Below, in pieces: positions 45,406-56,393 of a stretch of 64,000 bases of DNA. Positions within the stretch are counted from its first letter, which is position 1; each line of letters begins with the position of its first letter. This stretch comes from Prorocentrum cordatum. Taxonomy: Eukaryota. The notes beneath the pieces were generated by a model, which did not search any database, had not been told where the DNA came from, and worked only from the letters and a program-made list of their open reading frames with translations. The translations under genes were made by a program, and so were the position numbers. The stretch spans positions 62,001 through 126,000 of the forward strand of contig CAUYUJ010000303.1 in assembly GCA_963575745.1 (NCBI GenBank), in the 5' to 3' direction.

Positions 45406-46518
45406 TCAACCGCCCGCCGGGGCTCCCCGGGCGTCGCGTCGCTGCCCTGCGCCTCTCCCCCCCGTCGGGGATCCTCCTCCTCCTGCTCCTCCAGCTGCAG
45501 CCGGGGCGGCGGCGGCGGAAGCCCCAGCGGCGCCTGGCGCCGTGGCTAGGCCAGCTGCTGGCGGGGGGCGGGCTGGGCGCTGGTGGCGGAGATGTTGACG
45601 AATCTCCCCAGCCAAATTGCCGTCTCGTGCGTTTTGCTGCGCAAGATACAGCTGGTCCTTCAGCTCGGGGACGCGAGTGACCGCCACTCGGTAAAAATAT
45701 TGCTTGGCCCGGTCGGGCGCGAACTCCCCGATGGTGAGCTCCCGCATCCATGGGGTGCCCGGCTTCGGAGTGTCGTGCTTGGGCTTTGACCGAAAGATAG
45801 CGGCATCGAGCTCCTCCTGAGTCAGGCTCTGCAAGCGCTGCAGCGGCACCCGGCTGGGCGCGGTCGGCGGCGCGAGCTCCAGCAGCTTCTCCACCGCCCA
45901 AGCCACGATCACACTGCGCTGGCTGCCATTGGGATGCCGGCGCCCAGCAGGGCCCGCGCCCATGACCACATCGTCGTCGCCGGCCCTGGCTGCAGCCGCC
46001 GCCGGCGCGGCCGGCGCGACCGGCGCGGCCGGCGCGGCCGACCCGGCGGCCGGGGCTCCAGCGGCGGCCCCCGCAGGGGGCATCTGCTGCTGCTTGGGCG
46101 CAGGCGCTGCGGGTGCCTCCGCCGCAGAAGCTGCGGCAGCCGACGCGGCCGCTGAGCCGTCCTGGCGACTCGCGCTGGGCGTCGCGGTCGGAGCTGCCGC
46201 CTTGCCCGGCCGGAGATTCCGCCAGCCGTCGCGGAGGCCCTCGAGCTCCGTCTTCAGTGTTTCTGAGTAGATGAGCATCACCAGAGTGACCCTGTCCTTT
46301 AGCATCGCCACATCGCGGTCCAGCACTGACAGGAGACGCATGCACGCAGTCAGTGGACCGGTCGCGTCGGCTGCGCCAGCGGCTGCCTGAGGCGCCGGCG
46401 GCGGCTGCCCGCCCGAAGCCGCCGGCGGAGGTGCGCCTGCCCCGGGGGCATGCGCCGCCCCAGGAGCGGCTGGGCGGGGCGGGATTGCCGCACGCGGCGC
46501 GGCGAGAGCCTCGGCCAT
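45406..46518 (-). CDS. 370-aa Ala/Pro-rich ORF of unknown function downstream of the LINE D RT ORF
   Basis: ATG-initiated ORF with globular-looking blocks (LLSVLDRDVAMLKDRV; HPNGSQR; KPGTPW). Confidence 0.5.
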   Translation of the reverse strand: MAEALAAPRAAIPPRPAAPGAAHAPGAGAPPPAASGGQPPPAPQAAAGAADATGPLTACMRLLSVLDRDVAMLKDRVTLVMLIYSETLKTELEGLRDGWRNLRPGKAAAPTATPSASRQDGSAAASAAAASAAEAPAAPAPKQQQMPPAGAAAGAPAAGSAAPAAPVAPAAPAAAAARAGDDDVVMGAGPAGRRHPNGSQRSVIVAWAVEKLLELAPPTAPSRVPLQRLQSLTQEELDAAIFRSKPKHDTPKPGTPWMRELTIGEFAPDRAKQYFYRVAVTRVPELKDQLYLAQQNARDGNLAGEIRQHLRHQRPARPPPAAGLATAPGAAGASAAAAPAAAGGAGGGGSPTGGRGAGQRRDARGAPAGG

Positions 46519-46722
46519 CGCGCAGCAGCCGCCAGAGCCCGGCTAGCAGCACCAGGCAGGCGCCAGGCAACCTTCGGAGGGGCCGCCGAGCGCGCGCGCC
46601 CATCAGGGCGCCGGAGGTGGGGCGGCCAGGCCGGCTGCTTGGCGCTTGGGAAAGCAGCGATAGCGATGCGCAGCACATGCCCGCAGGGTTGGCCAATTGC
46701 GACCGCAAGATTGACAGCGGTA

Positions 46723-46787
46723 ATCCGAAAGAACTGCTTTGAACAACGCCAGTCGTTCAAAGCAGTCCCCCGGCACTGCGTTGAACG
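46723..46787 (+). repeat. Left terminus: 9-bp TIR plus three alternating GTTCAAAGCAGT motifs
   Basis: actgctttgaac 46733-46744, gttcaaagcagt 46755-46766, actgcgttgaac 46775-46786. Confidence 0.9.
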
Positions 46788-47536
46788 ATGCGGAAATGCG
46801 ATCAGCAGGAGCCTTCGCCTGTTCCTTCTCCTCTTCTCGTCGCTGTATCCTCTTCCTTGTCCTCCCTCCTCCCCCGTTCCCTCTCTACCTCGTTCTCTCC
46901 GTCTCATGCGCACTCTTCCCCCCCCTCTCCTCCTCCTCTTCCTGCTTCTCCTCCTCGTCCTCCTCCTCCTCTGCCTCCTCCTCCTCATTTGTCCTATTTC
47001 TCCGTCCTCGTCCTCCTAATTATCCCCCTCCCCCTTCTCCCTCTCCTCCTTCTCCTCCTCCTCGTCCTCTCCTCGTCCTCCTCCTCCTCCTCCCCTTCTT
47101 CCTCCTCCTCCTCCTCCCCCTTTTCCTCTCCCTCCTCCTCCTCCTCCGCCTCCTCCTCCCCCTTCCCCCTCTTCCTCCTGTGCTATCACTCCTCTATAAT
47201 TCCAATCCACTCCTCCCCTTCACTGATCCTCCTCTTCGTCGCCATCATCCCTTTCGTCCTCCTTCGCACGCCTCTTAATCCTCAACCGGTTTCCAATCTT
47301 CTCGACTTTCTTGTCATCCGCGTCCTTGGCTCTTGAAGGGGCCCCAGGATTTCTCAGTGCTCTTGTTTGGCGCGCGAAGACACGCCTCCCAGGAACGCAT
47401 CGCCCCCCTCATCTCCACCCTCCTCCTCCTCATCATCCTCCTCCATGCATGTTCGGCTCAAGCCCGCGCCGACGGCGGGTTCCACGGCGGTTGGGCGGGC
47501 TCGCGCCCGCCTGCGCGGCCTGCAGTCGGGGCAGAG

Positions 47537-48729
47537 ATGCGCGCAGGGTGGGGTGACAAAACGGAAGAGGAAACACGGGCCGCAGTTGCGGATTCTTCAC
47601 AGAGCAGCGGTGGCGGTTGGGGAACAAGTGAGGATTGGGGCGGCCGCAGTGGCGGATGCGGTGGCGGAGGTGACCGCAGTGGCGGCTGGGGCGGCGGAGC
47701 TTCTCTTGGCGGATGGGGGGGAAAAGCGCAGGAGGGCGGCGACGGAAGTGACCGCAGTCGCGGATGGGAGGGCGGCGGATGGGAGCGCGGCGGCGGATGG
47801 GGCGGCAACGGATGGGAGGGTTCGGGAATGGAGGGCGCCCGCTGGTGGGACGACGAGGGTGGCTGCTGGAATGCATGGGAAAGGGGCCGCTCGAGTGCTT
47901 GCAGTGCTTGGGATGGTTCTCCTGCCGCGGGGCCCGCGGCCGCAACAGCGGCGGGCAAAGGAGGCCGTCCCCTACTTCCCCCAGAACGCGAAGGGCAAGG
48001 CGCAGTTGCGCTTTCTCAAACTGTGGGCCAGGAGCCAGGGCCTATTTTCAGGTTGGACTTCTTCGAGAACTTTAGGGCGGACTGGTCTGGGAATTATAAG
48101 CAGCACAACGCGGTCTTGAAGTTTTTCCGAGACGAGTTCGAAGACAGAGAAACCCGTTCGGCAGCCGCACGCCCGTCTTCGGAGGTACCGCAGTTGCGGA
48201 GGAAATTTCGAAGATCCTTAAGTACCGCGCAAAGGGGAAGGCGCAGGACAACAGGGATTGGGACTGGGACCACACTGTCAAAATTCCGTGGTCTTGGCTG
48301 GAGATGGTCGCGCAGATGGATGGACCTACAATGTTGCGCGTCGTGCGCGGCCCTGACAATGAGCGCAGTCGCGGGTTGGTCCGCTGCAAATGCAGCCCGT
48401 GCCCTAACAGTCTCGACAACATGAGGCACGCGAAATGGGTGGACAGAGGACAGGCGCAAACAATCTCTCTGCCCCAGTGGGATTTCGTCCTCATCCGCGA
48501 CGACGGCTTGGGCATTCGCGTCCACCCATCCTGCTCTAGCCCGAAGTTCAACACGTATGAGGTGGAGCCGCACTGGCACCCCGTGCGCGGCCCGACGGCA
48601 GGTCTTGGCAAGAGCGATGGCCACGGAACGTTCAAGTTCTGGAAGATGCTGCACGCCCATGCGAATCCTGGGCGGTTCGATGCGAACAAGGGGTCGCACT
48701 TGCAACCGCGGTGGCCCGCGCAGCCTTGA
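47537..48729 (+). CDS. Cargo gene A: Gly/Trp-rich N-terminus plus an orphan domain (one frameshift near 48200)
   Basis: NYKQHNAVLKFFR, then in a shifted frame PWSWLEMVAQ...WDFVLIRDDG..RVHP. Confidence 0.6.
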
Positions 48730-49431
48730 CACCGCAGTTGCGGAATTCAGCCGCAGTGGGCGCAGCCGTGGAACCGCAGTTGCGGGGACCGATCGCGCGA
48801 CGCCGCGCTCGTCGGACTCACTATGCGCGCTTTCGGCCGCAGTTGCGGCGCTGCCTTCTAGCGACTTCATATAGCTTGGCAGCAGTTGCTGCGCCCCCAC
48901 GACTGACCGCTGCAATTAGGCGCTTCGGGCGCGCATCACCTCCGTTGAAGCACTCGTGACGTTAGCGCGGCCGCAGTTGCGGAGACAGGCAAAAAGATGG
49001 ATCCGCAGGTGTTCGTCGTCCTCGTCGCCCCTTCCCCGCCGTCCTCGTCGCAGCCCCCCCCTCCGCCTTTCCTCCTCGTCGCAGTAGGCGTAGCCCGCCT
49101 CCGTCATTAGCCCTTGCTTCCGTTGGCCGCAATTAGCCCGCCTCCGTTGGCCGAGTCATTTCCCGTCGTCCTCGTCGCTGTCCCCTCCGACGGCCGCAGT
49201 TGCGGACTTTCTCGATTCCTCCTCCTCCGTTTCTGCCCCGTCACCCTCGTCGCAGTCCCCTTCCTCCTTTCATCCTCGTCTGAGCTCTTCGCGGCATCCT
49301 CTTCCTTCTCGTCCTCTCCATCCTCCTCTTCCCCCTCCTCGTCCTCATCCCCGCCGTCCCCCTCGTTGTCCTTCCTCGCCCAAGCCGGCCGCAGTTCCCC
49401 CGTCGGACGGGGGCCGCGCGCGGCCACGCCC

Positions 49432-51255
49432 ATGGACGTCGCGCCGAAAGCCGAGCTCGACCAGCGGTTCGCCGAGCTGAAGCGGCAACTGCGAGAGAAG
49501 TTCGGCGTGACAGGGGCTGCCGCGCAGCCCGCAGTCGCGGCCCCTGAGGGAGACCGCAGTTGCGGAAGCCACGAGCCTGCGCCGCGCGAGGCCCCCCCTT
49601 CGTCGGAGGGCTCGCCGCATAGCTCCCCGCGGGGCTATCGGCCGCCGCCGCCGATCAGCACGCAGTCGATCGAGCCGTCTGGTACTGGGAGCCGTGAAGA
49701 GGCGCAGTTGCGCAGACCGCCAATGGCTCCCAAGGCAAAATGGCGGGCTCGGGCGCCGACGCCGACGAAGGAGCAGGACCAACCAGCAGTGACGCGAGCC
49801 GCCGCCGAGACCGCAGTTGCGGGGGTGGCCGGCGAGCCAGGTGCCGTGCGCGGCGCCGCTGCGAGCAGCGCGCCCTCGGCCGCGCTTCCCCCAGCCGAGT
49901 CCAAACGAGGCGTCCAACCCGAAGACGAGGCCGCCTCCCAGGAGAAAGCCGCCGAGACAGTCGCCTCGGCCGAGTCGCGTCCGAGGAAAAGGCCGCCTCC
50001 CACGGAAGGCTCGCCGCTGTCAGAACCGCAGTCGCGGGATCGCGCGGGATCGCTGTCAGAACCGCAGTTGCGGGAAGATGCGGGAGCACCGCGGAAGAAG
50101 CCGCGGACCAGGAGCCCCCCAGGGATAGACTATGTTGGGGAACCCACCAAGTGGAACGAAGGATCCCTTCGCACAGCAGGTGGCCATCGGGTGCCGTCCA
50201 CCATCGCTTTGGTGTTCAACGTGGTGATCATTTCGAAGGCGGCAACAGAGAAAAGTGTCTTCAATTGCATCCTGCACCAAACTGCGGCGGTCATCTTCGT
50301 TCTATGGGACCCCGAGATGCTCCGCACGGGGAACGTCGAAGGCGCTTCCTCCTTGAGGCATGCCGTCGAAGACGCTTGCAACGTGAAGAACAACAGCGAG
50401 GAGCCTTACTGGACGACGGTTGACCTGTTCAAAGACACAGGCCTGGTGCTCGTGCGCCCGCACATCATCGCAGAGACCGCAGTTGCGGGTCATGTTGTTG
50501 GGGCCACCCACGCCGTCACGATCCTCCGCTTTCGCCTGAAGGCATCCGAAATGAATCCTGACGCGGTGATCCCTTTTGCCGTCGTGTCCAGACACGCTGT
50601 TTGCGAACCTCTCCAACAGAAGATTACGCAATCAGAACAAGCAGCGTGGCAGGCAGGTTTCTTCAAGGACGCTTTAGCTTCCATCCACAAACACCATGTC
50701 CGGTTCTTGTGCGGCTTCTTTGACATCCCGCCTGAGCAGTTTCAAGCATTTGGCCGCAGTTGCGGAGCCAGCTACAACTGCCCGATAGGGGTAGTGTTCA
50801 GGGCCGGGCCCGCCCTGTTCGGAGGCTTCAGGAAAGGCACCCGCGTCGTGCATCCCAATCACGTCGCCCCCATTGGCCCGTGCGACGTGCGCATTGCGGA
50901 CTACAACGCGGATTCTGCAGGGAGGCCGCCGAAGAACGATCCCCAGTGGCTCCCTGAGTGGCTCCATCGAACAAGCGACTCCATCATCTCTCGGCGATGG
51001 GTGCAAACGAAGGACATGCTCAAATGGGATTATGACCCTAACCGTAGTAGCGGAGTCAGAGGACAGCGCGGCTTGGCAGCGCTGCCACCCATCGGCAAGG
51101 TCATTCAGAAGGAGCTCAACGAGACGACCTTCGCCACACACTGGTACGAGGGCCTCCACCAAAACCTCGTCTTCGTCGGGCACGGACGCGCGAGTCGGGC
51201 GAGCAAGCGGAGGCATGAAGAGGCGCGATCTGCCGCAGTTGCGGACAAGCCGTGA
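49432..51255 (+). CDS. Cargo gene B: disordered N-terminus plus a probably inactive EEP-like domain
   Basis: Open ~607-aa frame from MDVAPK; HVRFLCGFFD and GLHQNLVFV parallel the NVKVCMGDFN and GAHFPLVAF motifs of gene F. Confidence 0.65.
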   Translation: MDVAPKAELDQRFAELKRQLREKFGVTGAAAQPAVAAPEGDRSCGSHEPAPREAPPSSEGSPHSSPRGYRPPPPISTQSIEPSGTGSREEAQLRRPPMAPKAKWRARAPTPTKEQDQPAVTRAAAETAVAGVAGEPGAVRGAAASSAPSAALPPAESKRGVQPEDEAASQEKAAETVASAESRPRKRPPPTEGSPLSEPQSRDRAGSLSEPQLREDAGAPRKKPRTRSPPGIDYVGEPTKWNEGSLRTAGGHRVPSTIALVFNVVIISKAATEKSVFNCILHQTAAVIFVLWDPEMLRTGNVEGASSLRHAVEDACNVKNNSEEPYWTTVDLFKDTGLVLVRPHIIAETAVAGHVVGATHAVTILRFRLKASEMNPDAVIPFAVVSRHAVCEPLQQKITQSEQAAWQAGFFKDALASIHKHHVRFLCGFFDIPPEQFQAFGRSCGASYNCPIGVVFRAGPALFGGFRKGTRVVHPNHVAPIGPCDVRIADYNADSAGRPPKNDPQWLPEWLHRTSDSIISRRWVQTKDMLKWDYDPNRSSGVRGQRGLAALPPIGKVIQKELNETTFATHWYEGLHQNLVFVGHGRASRASKRRHEEARSAAVADKP

Positions 51256-51454
51256 GTGCGCCAAGACCGATGAGCCGCAGTTGCGGCACAGAGCTCAGTA
51301 ATTACTACTGCGCGCCTGCTGCCTGCAGTTGCGGGGTAGGAGACCCCTCCTTAGCGAATAAGTGCCGGTTGCCGCGTAGGATAGCCCGCAGTTGCGGGGT
51401 AGGAGAGCACGCGGTTGCGAACTCGCAGTTCGCAATAAGTGCGCGCGCTGGGTC

Positions 51455-51650
51455 ATCGTCATCGTCGTCGTCCGACGTCGTCGTCGTCGTCGCTGCCGTC
51501 GTCAGCATCGGCAGCATCATCATTGGAATCATAATCATCATCATCGTCATCATCATCATCATCATCAGCAACAGCAGCATCAACATCGTCATCGTCATCA
51601 TCATCATCATCATAATCATCATCGTCGTCGTCGGTCGTCGTCGTCGTCCG
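51455..51650. repeat. (TCA/TCG)n microsatellite inside the transposon
   Basis: Direct reading of the sequence. Confidence 0.9.
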
Positions 51651-51938
51651 TTCGAGCTTCGAGGTTGCGGCAGTTGATGCTGGGAAGGGCTCCCTTCCCC
51701 TCCTCGTCCTCCACCAGGCCGCATCCCCCCGCCTTCTCCCTCCTAGCTCTCCTTCCCCTTCCCCTCCTATTCCTCCTCCAGCCTGCCCCCTCCCTCCTCC
51801 AGCCTGCTCCCTCCGAAGCTCTGTTCCGAGATTTTGATTTAAAAGTTGGCCTTCCGTAGTCCGCAGGCACTTCGGCTCAGCAGGTCGTTGGGCTCCTGAG
51901 CGACGGACGTCGTGCCATAGTCCGCAATAGCGGGTGCA

Positions 51939-54364
51939 ATGAGCGACGCCGTCGGTACAGGTAATGCCGCAGTGGCGGACGCGAAAGCCGCAGTGGCGGA
52001 CAAGACAGCCGCAGTTCCAGACGCCACGCAAGGGATCTTTCAGAGGGCCAACGCCTTGAGGTCTCGATTCAGGAGAGGGGGCAAGGTGCGCCTCCCTGTG
52101 CTCATGCTCGCCCCGCACACGGGCAACCGAGGCGGGCACTACCCTCAGCAGGAAAGGGTTCGGGAACTCGCTGTCAAAATCTTCCTGGCTGGATTCACGC
52201 AAGCCGAAGCTGACCACGAAGGTGTCTGCGTTCAGATGTACCCAGCAGAAGAGCTGGCGCTGAAAAAAAGCAGGACCCGACTTTCCAGACGCACACAGAG
52301 TACAATCGGGAAAAAGCGACCGGGCACCTCGCTGCGTGCTTCGACCGCAGTTGCGGAGCTGACGTTGCGTACGGGACCTGTTCGCACTCCCACTTGTGCC
52401 TCGTGTTGCGGGCAATCGCCCTGGGAGCCAAGTGGCCCATCCCCCAGGGCATGGAGTTCACGGAGGACGAGCGCGCGAGGCTGCAGCGCGTGCTCGATAA
52501 GGACGGCAATCTCGACATGGCCGCAGTGGCGGCACATGACCCTGTCGCTAAGAACCTCGTGCAGGGGGGTATGCTCATGGAAGTGCTGAGCTGGAAACCC
52601 ATGGACGAGGAACCCACTGGTGCTTCGCTCATCAGCCAGTCCCTCAATAAAGGGGCCGATTTCGCGTTGCGAACGACTGAACTCACCGCGCTCCGTGTCC
52701 TGTGCAAGGCTGTTGACGCTGAGCTGCACGCCGCAGTTGCGGACCAGGTTGCCTTTGACAAGGTCAAGCTCTCCGTCACGCACGAACTCGATCGAGTCGT
52801 TCAGGACCCAGACTTCATTGAGCTGTTCTCGTTCGTTGTTGGGCTCGGGAGTACAAACGCGCAGTTCATCCCCTTGCTGCTCCAGTTCTGCGAGGTCTAC
52901 GTGAACTCCAAGAGAAGGGCCCTTCGGCTCGGGGCCTTCGGGGTAGCCAGCCAGCTTCCCGACGAAGTGCCGTGGGTCAAGATTGCCGTGCTGATGCGAT
53001 GCTACAGGAACGCACCTGCGAGGAAGAGGGGCGTTGACACTCCTGCGTGGTGCCCTGATCCAGAACAATCGTGGAAGGCGAAGGAGTTCCGAGACCTCCT
53101 CATCGACATTAACTCGGCTCTCCGTTTGTACTTGTTCACGCTGAGCAAGGTCATCGACGGCATGGGCCCCGAGAAGGCGATCGAGTTCAAGGCGAACCTG
53201 TGCATACTGACCGCGGACGGCTTCATGCAGTACCTGAAGGATATCACCGTCAAGGAACGAAGTATCCCAGGACATCGTCAGGCGCTCCTCCGCGCTTGCG
53301 CGGAGGCCACGGGGAAGGTGGGGCCGAAGTCCAATCGGGACGCCCTTGAGAAGGCCCTCGGCGAAGTGGCAGTCGGAGGCGGGATGCCCAATTTTTTCGA
53401 TTTCAACGCGTTGCCGCGCCCAGGACCAAATGAGGCCGCAGTGGCGGGGAAGACAAAGGGTTCCGCAGAGGGGCAGGAGTTGATGCCGAGGGTCATTTCC
53501 TTTGACCCCACGACGCAACTACCAACGAACCACCAGCACAGCAGGAACACGACGGCCATTCCACGCGGATCCTTCCCTTTGCCAATCGCCGAATGGAGGC
53601 GTTCAGCGGCAGCGAAGGAGCTGGGGCGGGAGCCTGCTTTGGTCAGCGCAGTGTTGCTATGCCTTTGGGCGCGCCACAGGTCCGCAGTTGCGGAAGCGCA
53701 AGTAGAGGTGTTGCAAGACGCTGATACAAACAAACGCACCGTCAAGGCAACCGCTGCAAACGACGCACAATGCATCGAGTTGTGGCCGTGCGTCCCAAAG
53801 GCATCCAGGGTACACACCGCAAGCATGCACCCCGAGAGGGTGGCCGTGCGAGTCTGGGCGAAAGGAGATCTAAATGGAGACACGCCCACGACCTTCTACT
53901 TGCACCCCGAGTTCAAGCCGCCTGCGGACAAGACGCCCGCCGACGTGGCTGACCACGATGTGCGGTTGAGAACATGGAAGTGGGATGCGCAAGAGACAAT
54001 GCACGTCTTCTGGGCAGTCAACAGAGTCACGGAACAGGAGGTCCATCAGAGAAACAGCCGTGCTGAAAGCGCAGTTGCGCGCATCAACATGGAGCTCGAG
54101 GAGAAAGAGTTGGCGGTGTGCGTGCCTGGGGCAGGCGGGCTCGTGCTCGCCGTGAATGTTCCTGTGCTGGTGAATACGACGGCCGTGGAGCAAGGAGAAG
54201 AGCCCCTGTGGGAGGCGAGACCCAAAGCCGCACCGAAGAAGAAGGCTGCAGAGGAGACGTGGAAGACGGACGCGGCCAAGAGGGCCAAAGGGAAGCCTTC
54301 GGGCCAGCCCGCCCCGAAGAAATCGAAGAAAGGGTTCGACGAATGCGGGGGGATGTCGCTCTAA
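51939..54364 (+). CDS. Cargo gene C, ~800 aa, possible ParB/Srx-like N-terminal domain (frameshift in an A7 run at 52263-52269)
   Basis: LAPHTGNRGG...VRELAVKIFLAGF...YGTCSHSHLCLVLRA, then the 656-aa frame; basic C-terminus PAPKKSKK. Confidence 0.65.
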
Positions 54365-54950
54365 GAAGCCGCAGTGGCGGCAGTCAGGGCGGCTTGCTCG
54401 CGTGACCGCAATTGCGGGCAACAGGCCGGAGGGGAGGGCGCAGGCGTGACCGTTGTGGCGGGGCGGTCCTGTAGTTTGCAGCATCGCTGCTTCTGTTAGG
54501 TGTCGCCGCAGTAGCGGATCGCTGACGCCGCAGTAGCGGATCGCAAAAAGAACTCCTCCCTCCCTCCTCCCTCTCCTCCCTCGCCCCTCCTCCACTTCCT
54601 CCCTCTCTCTTCCTCCTTTCCCTCCCTCCTCCCAAGTTCGAAGCCGACGCTACTCATTCCCTCACTCCCTCCCTCCCTCCCGTCGATGTTCTCCGCATCC
54701 TGCTGCGGCCATCCTGGTGCCGACTCCCCCTCTTGCCAGTTCCCGCGCCGTGTGCACGGGGCCTCCTCGGCAGCTCAGTGCCGGGGCACTGCTTTGAAGC
54801 ATTCTGCGAGCGGGGCCCTCGAGGGCCTCGCGGGGATCGCAGGGGCCGAGGGATTCATTCGTCTCGCCATTTGGCCCAACCGCGCGCGGCCCCACTGCCC
54901 GCGCCACCGCCTTGCCCGCAGTTGCGGCTGTGCTCAACGCAGTAGCAAAC

Positions 54951-55952
54951 ATGCCGACTTCGAGCGAATGGACCCCTGCGTGCGTGGAGAAGGTCTTGTG
55001 CATCCGTGGAGGTTGGCTTGCGCAGACCACCCCCATCCCCGAAAAAGGATATCAAGGTGCCCCACGCAGGGCCCCTCGGAGAGATAAGCTCCGTGCACGT
55101 GAACATGCAAAAGCCTTGGTTGCTCAAGGTGCGCGCGAAAGGTAAACCGACCGCAGGCGCCTTGAAGGCGTCCAAGGCCTGGGACGCGCTGAAGAAAGAG
55201 CTCGCGAAGCAGGGCGGCGCCGCAGCTGCGGACGACGAGAGCGACGGCGACGCGGGGGACGAAGCAGATGATCCCATGTCGGCCCTGGTCAGCTCCTCCA
55301 GCGACGCGAAGAAGCTGGCCGCGACCCCGAGCAGGAAGCAGAAGACTGGAACGCGTTCGGCGAGTGCTGGCTTGCTGAGGGGAGAGGCCGCGGAGTCGGC
55401 CACTGCCACTGTGCACTCCGCACAGATGCCCGCCAAGAGCCGCTTGAAGTATCCTGGCGACAAGGCCATTCGACACGTGCGGGTGGCCAGCTTCAAGCGG
55501 AGGAAGTTGTGGCTCGACGCTGCAGTCCTTGGGTGGCTGATCGAGATGATCGTGGGCGACGTGAGCCTCGGCGGTGTCCCCGACATCGACGACGGCGACA
55601 AGGACGAGGCCACAGTGGCGGACAAAGAATGGGCAACGGCGGTTGACCCTGAAACCCCGCTGGCGAAGCACAGGGAGCTCGGCCCCCCCCCCCCCCCATG
55701 GCACAGGGGAGCGGGTCTGGCTCCACCGTCGCCTGGGACTTCAAGGGCGCTTGGGTCGCGACGATCACGCGAGAGTGTGCCAACAAAGGCAAAGCGATCG
55801 AGATGGATGTGAAGAAATTTACCAAGAAGGAGTGGCAGTCGGCGCAGTCGTCGAAGGGCTATGACTACGAGTGGGAGGGCATGACGCAGCAACAGCGCAA
55901 GCAAGCGGCTCTGGATTACCTCGAGCTCCAAGTCCCCAGTCTGTTCGACTGA
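54951..55952 (+). CDS. Cargo gene D, orphan of ~330 aa (frameshifts near 55040 and in the C-run at 55683-55697)
   Basis: MPTSSEWTP..CIRGGWL, then KLWLDAAVLGWLIEMI, then WDFKGAWVATI..RKQAALDYLE. Confidence 0.55.
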
Positions 55953-56393
55953 GGCCCGAAGCCGCGTGGCCCGCAGTTGCGGTGGGGCCACTGAGTGCCC
56001 GCAGTTGCGGGGCGGCTGGGCGCGAGCGGAAACGCGGAGGGCGAGGCGGTGTGAGGAGGCAGGCGGAAGGCGAAGGGGCGCCGTCGCGTTTTTGTCTAGG
56101 GTGTTCCGCGGGTGCACGCCTAAGTTCGCCAACTTGCGCGGGCGAGCGTGTTTCTTAGAGAAGCATTGAGTGAAGCATCGAGACCTTGTGCGCGCGATGA
56201 TTGGGGCTTCCGCGCGGGCGTACTTCAGCAGTAATTAGCTCCTCCCTCCCCCCCTCCTTCTTCGCCCCTCCGCATCGTCTGCAGTTGCTCCTCCCTCCTC
56301 TCCTCCCTCTTCCTAGTTCTGTATCCCGCAGCCGCGTGCCCCGCCCGAGTCGTTCGCCACGCGACCGCGCATGGGTGTTCCCGTGGGGCGGAC

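Noticed and set aside
52260..52273. Programmed -1 frameshift at the A7G run in gene C
   Set aside because: The run is not phased as X XXY YYZ in the upstream frame, and similar indels occur throughout, so error or decay is simpler.
52232..53518. Long antisense ORFs over element and helicase genes (e.g. 52232-53518, 5279-6607)
   Set aside because: Shadow ORFs expected from GC-rich codon usage; no recognisable motifs.
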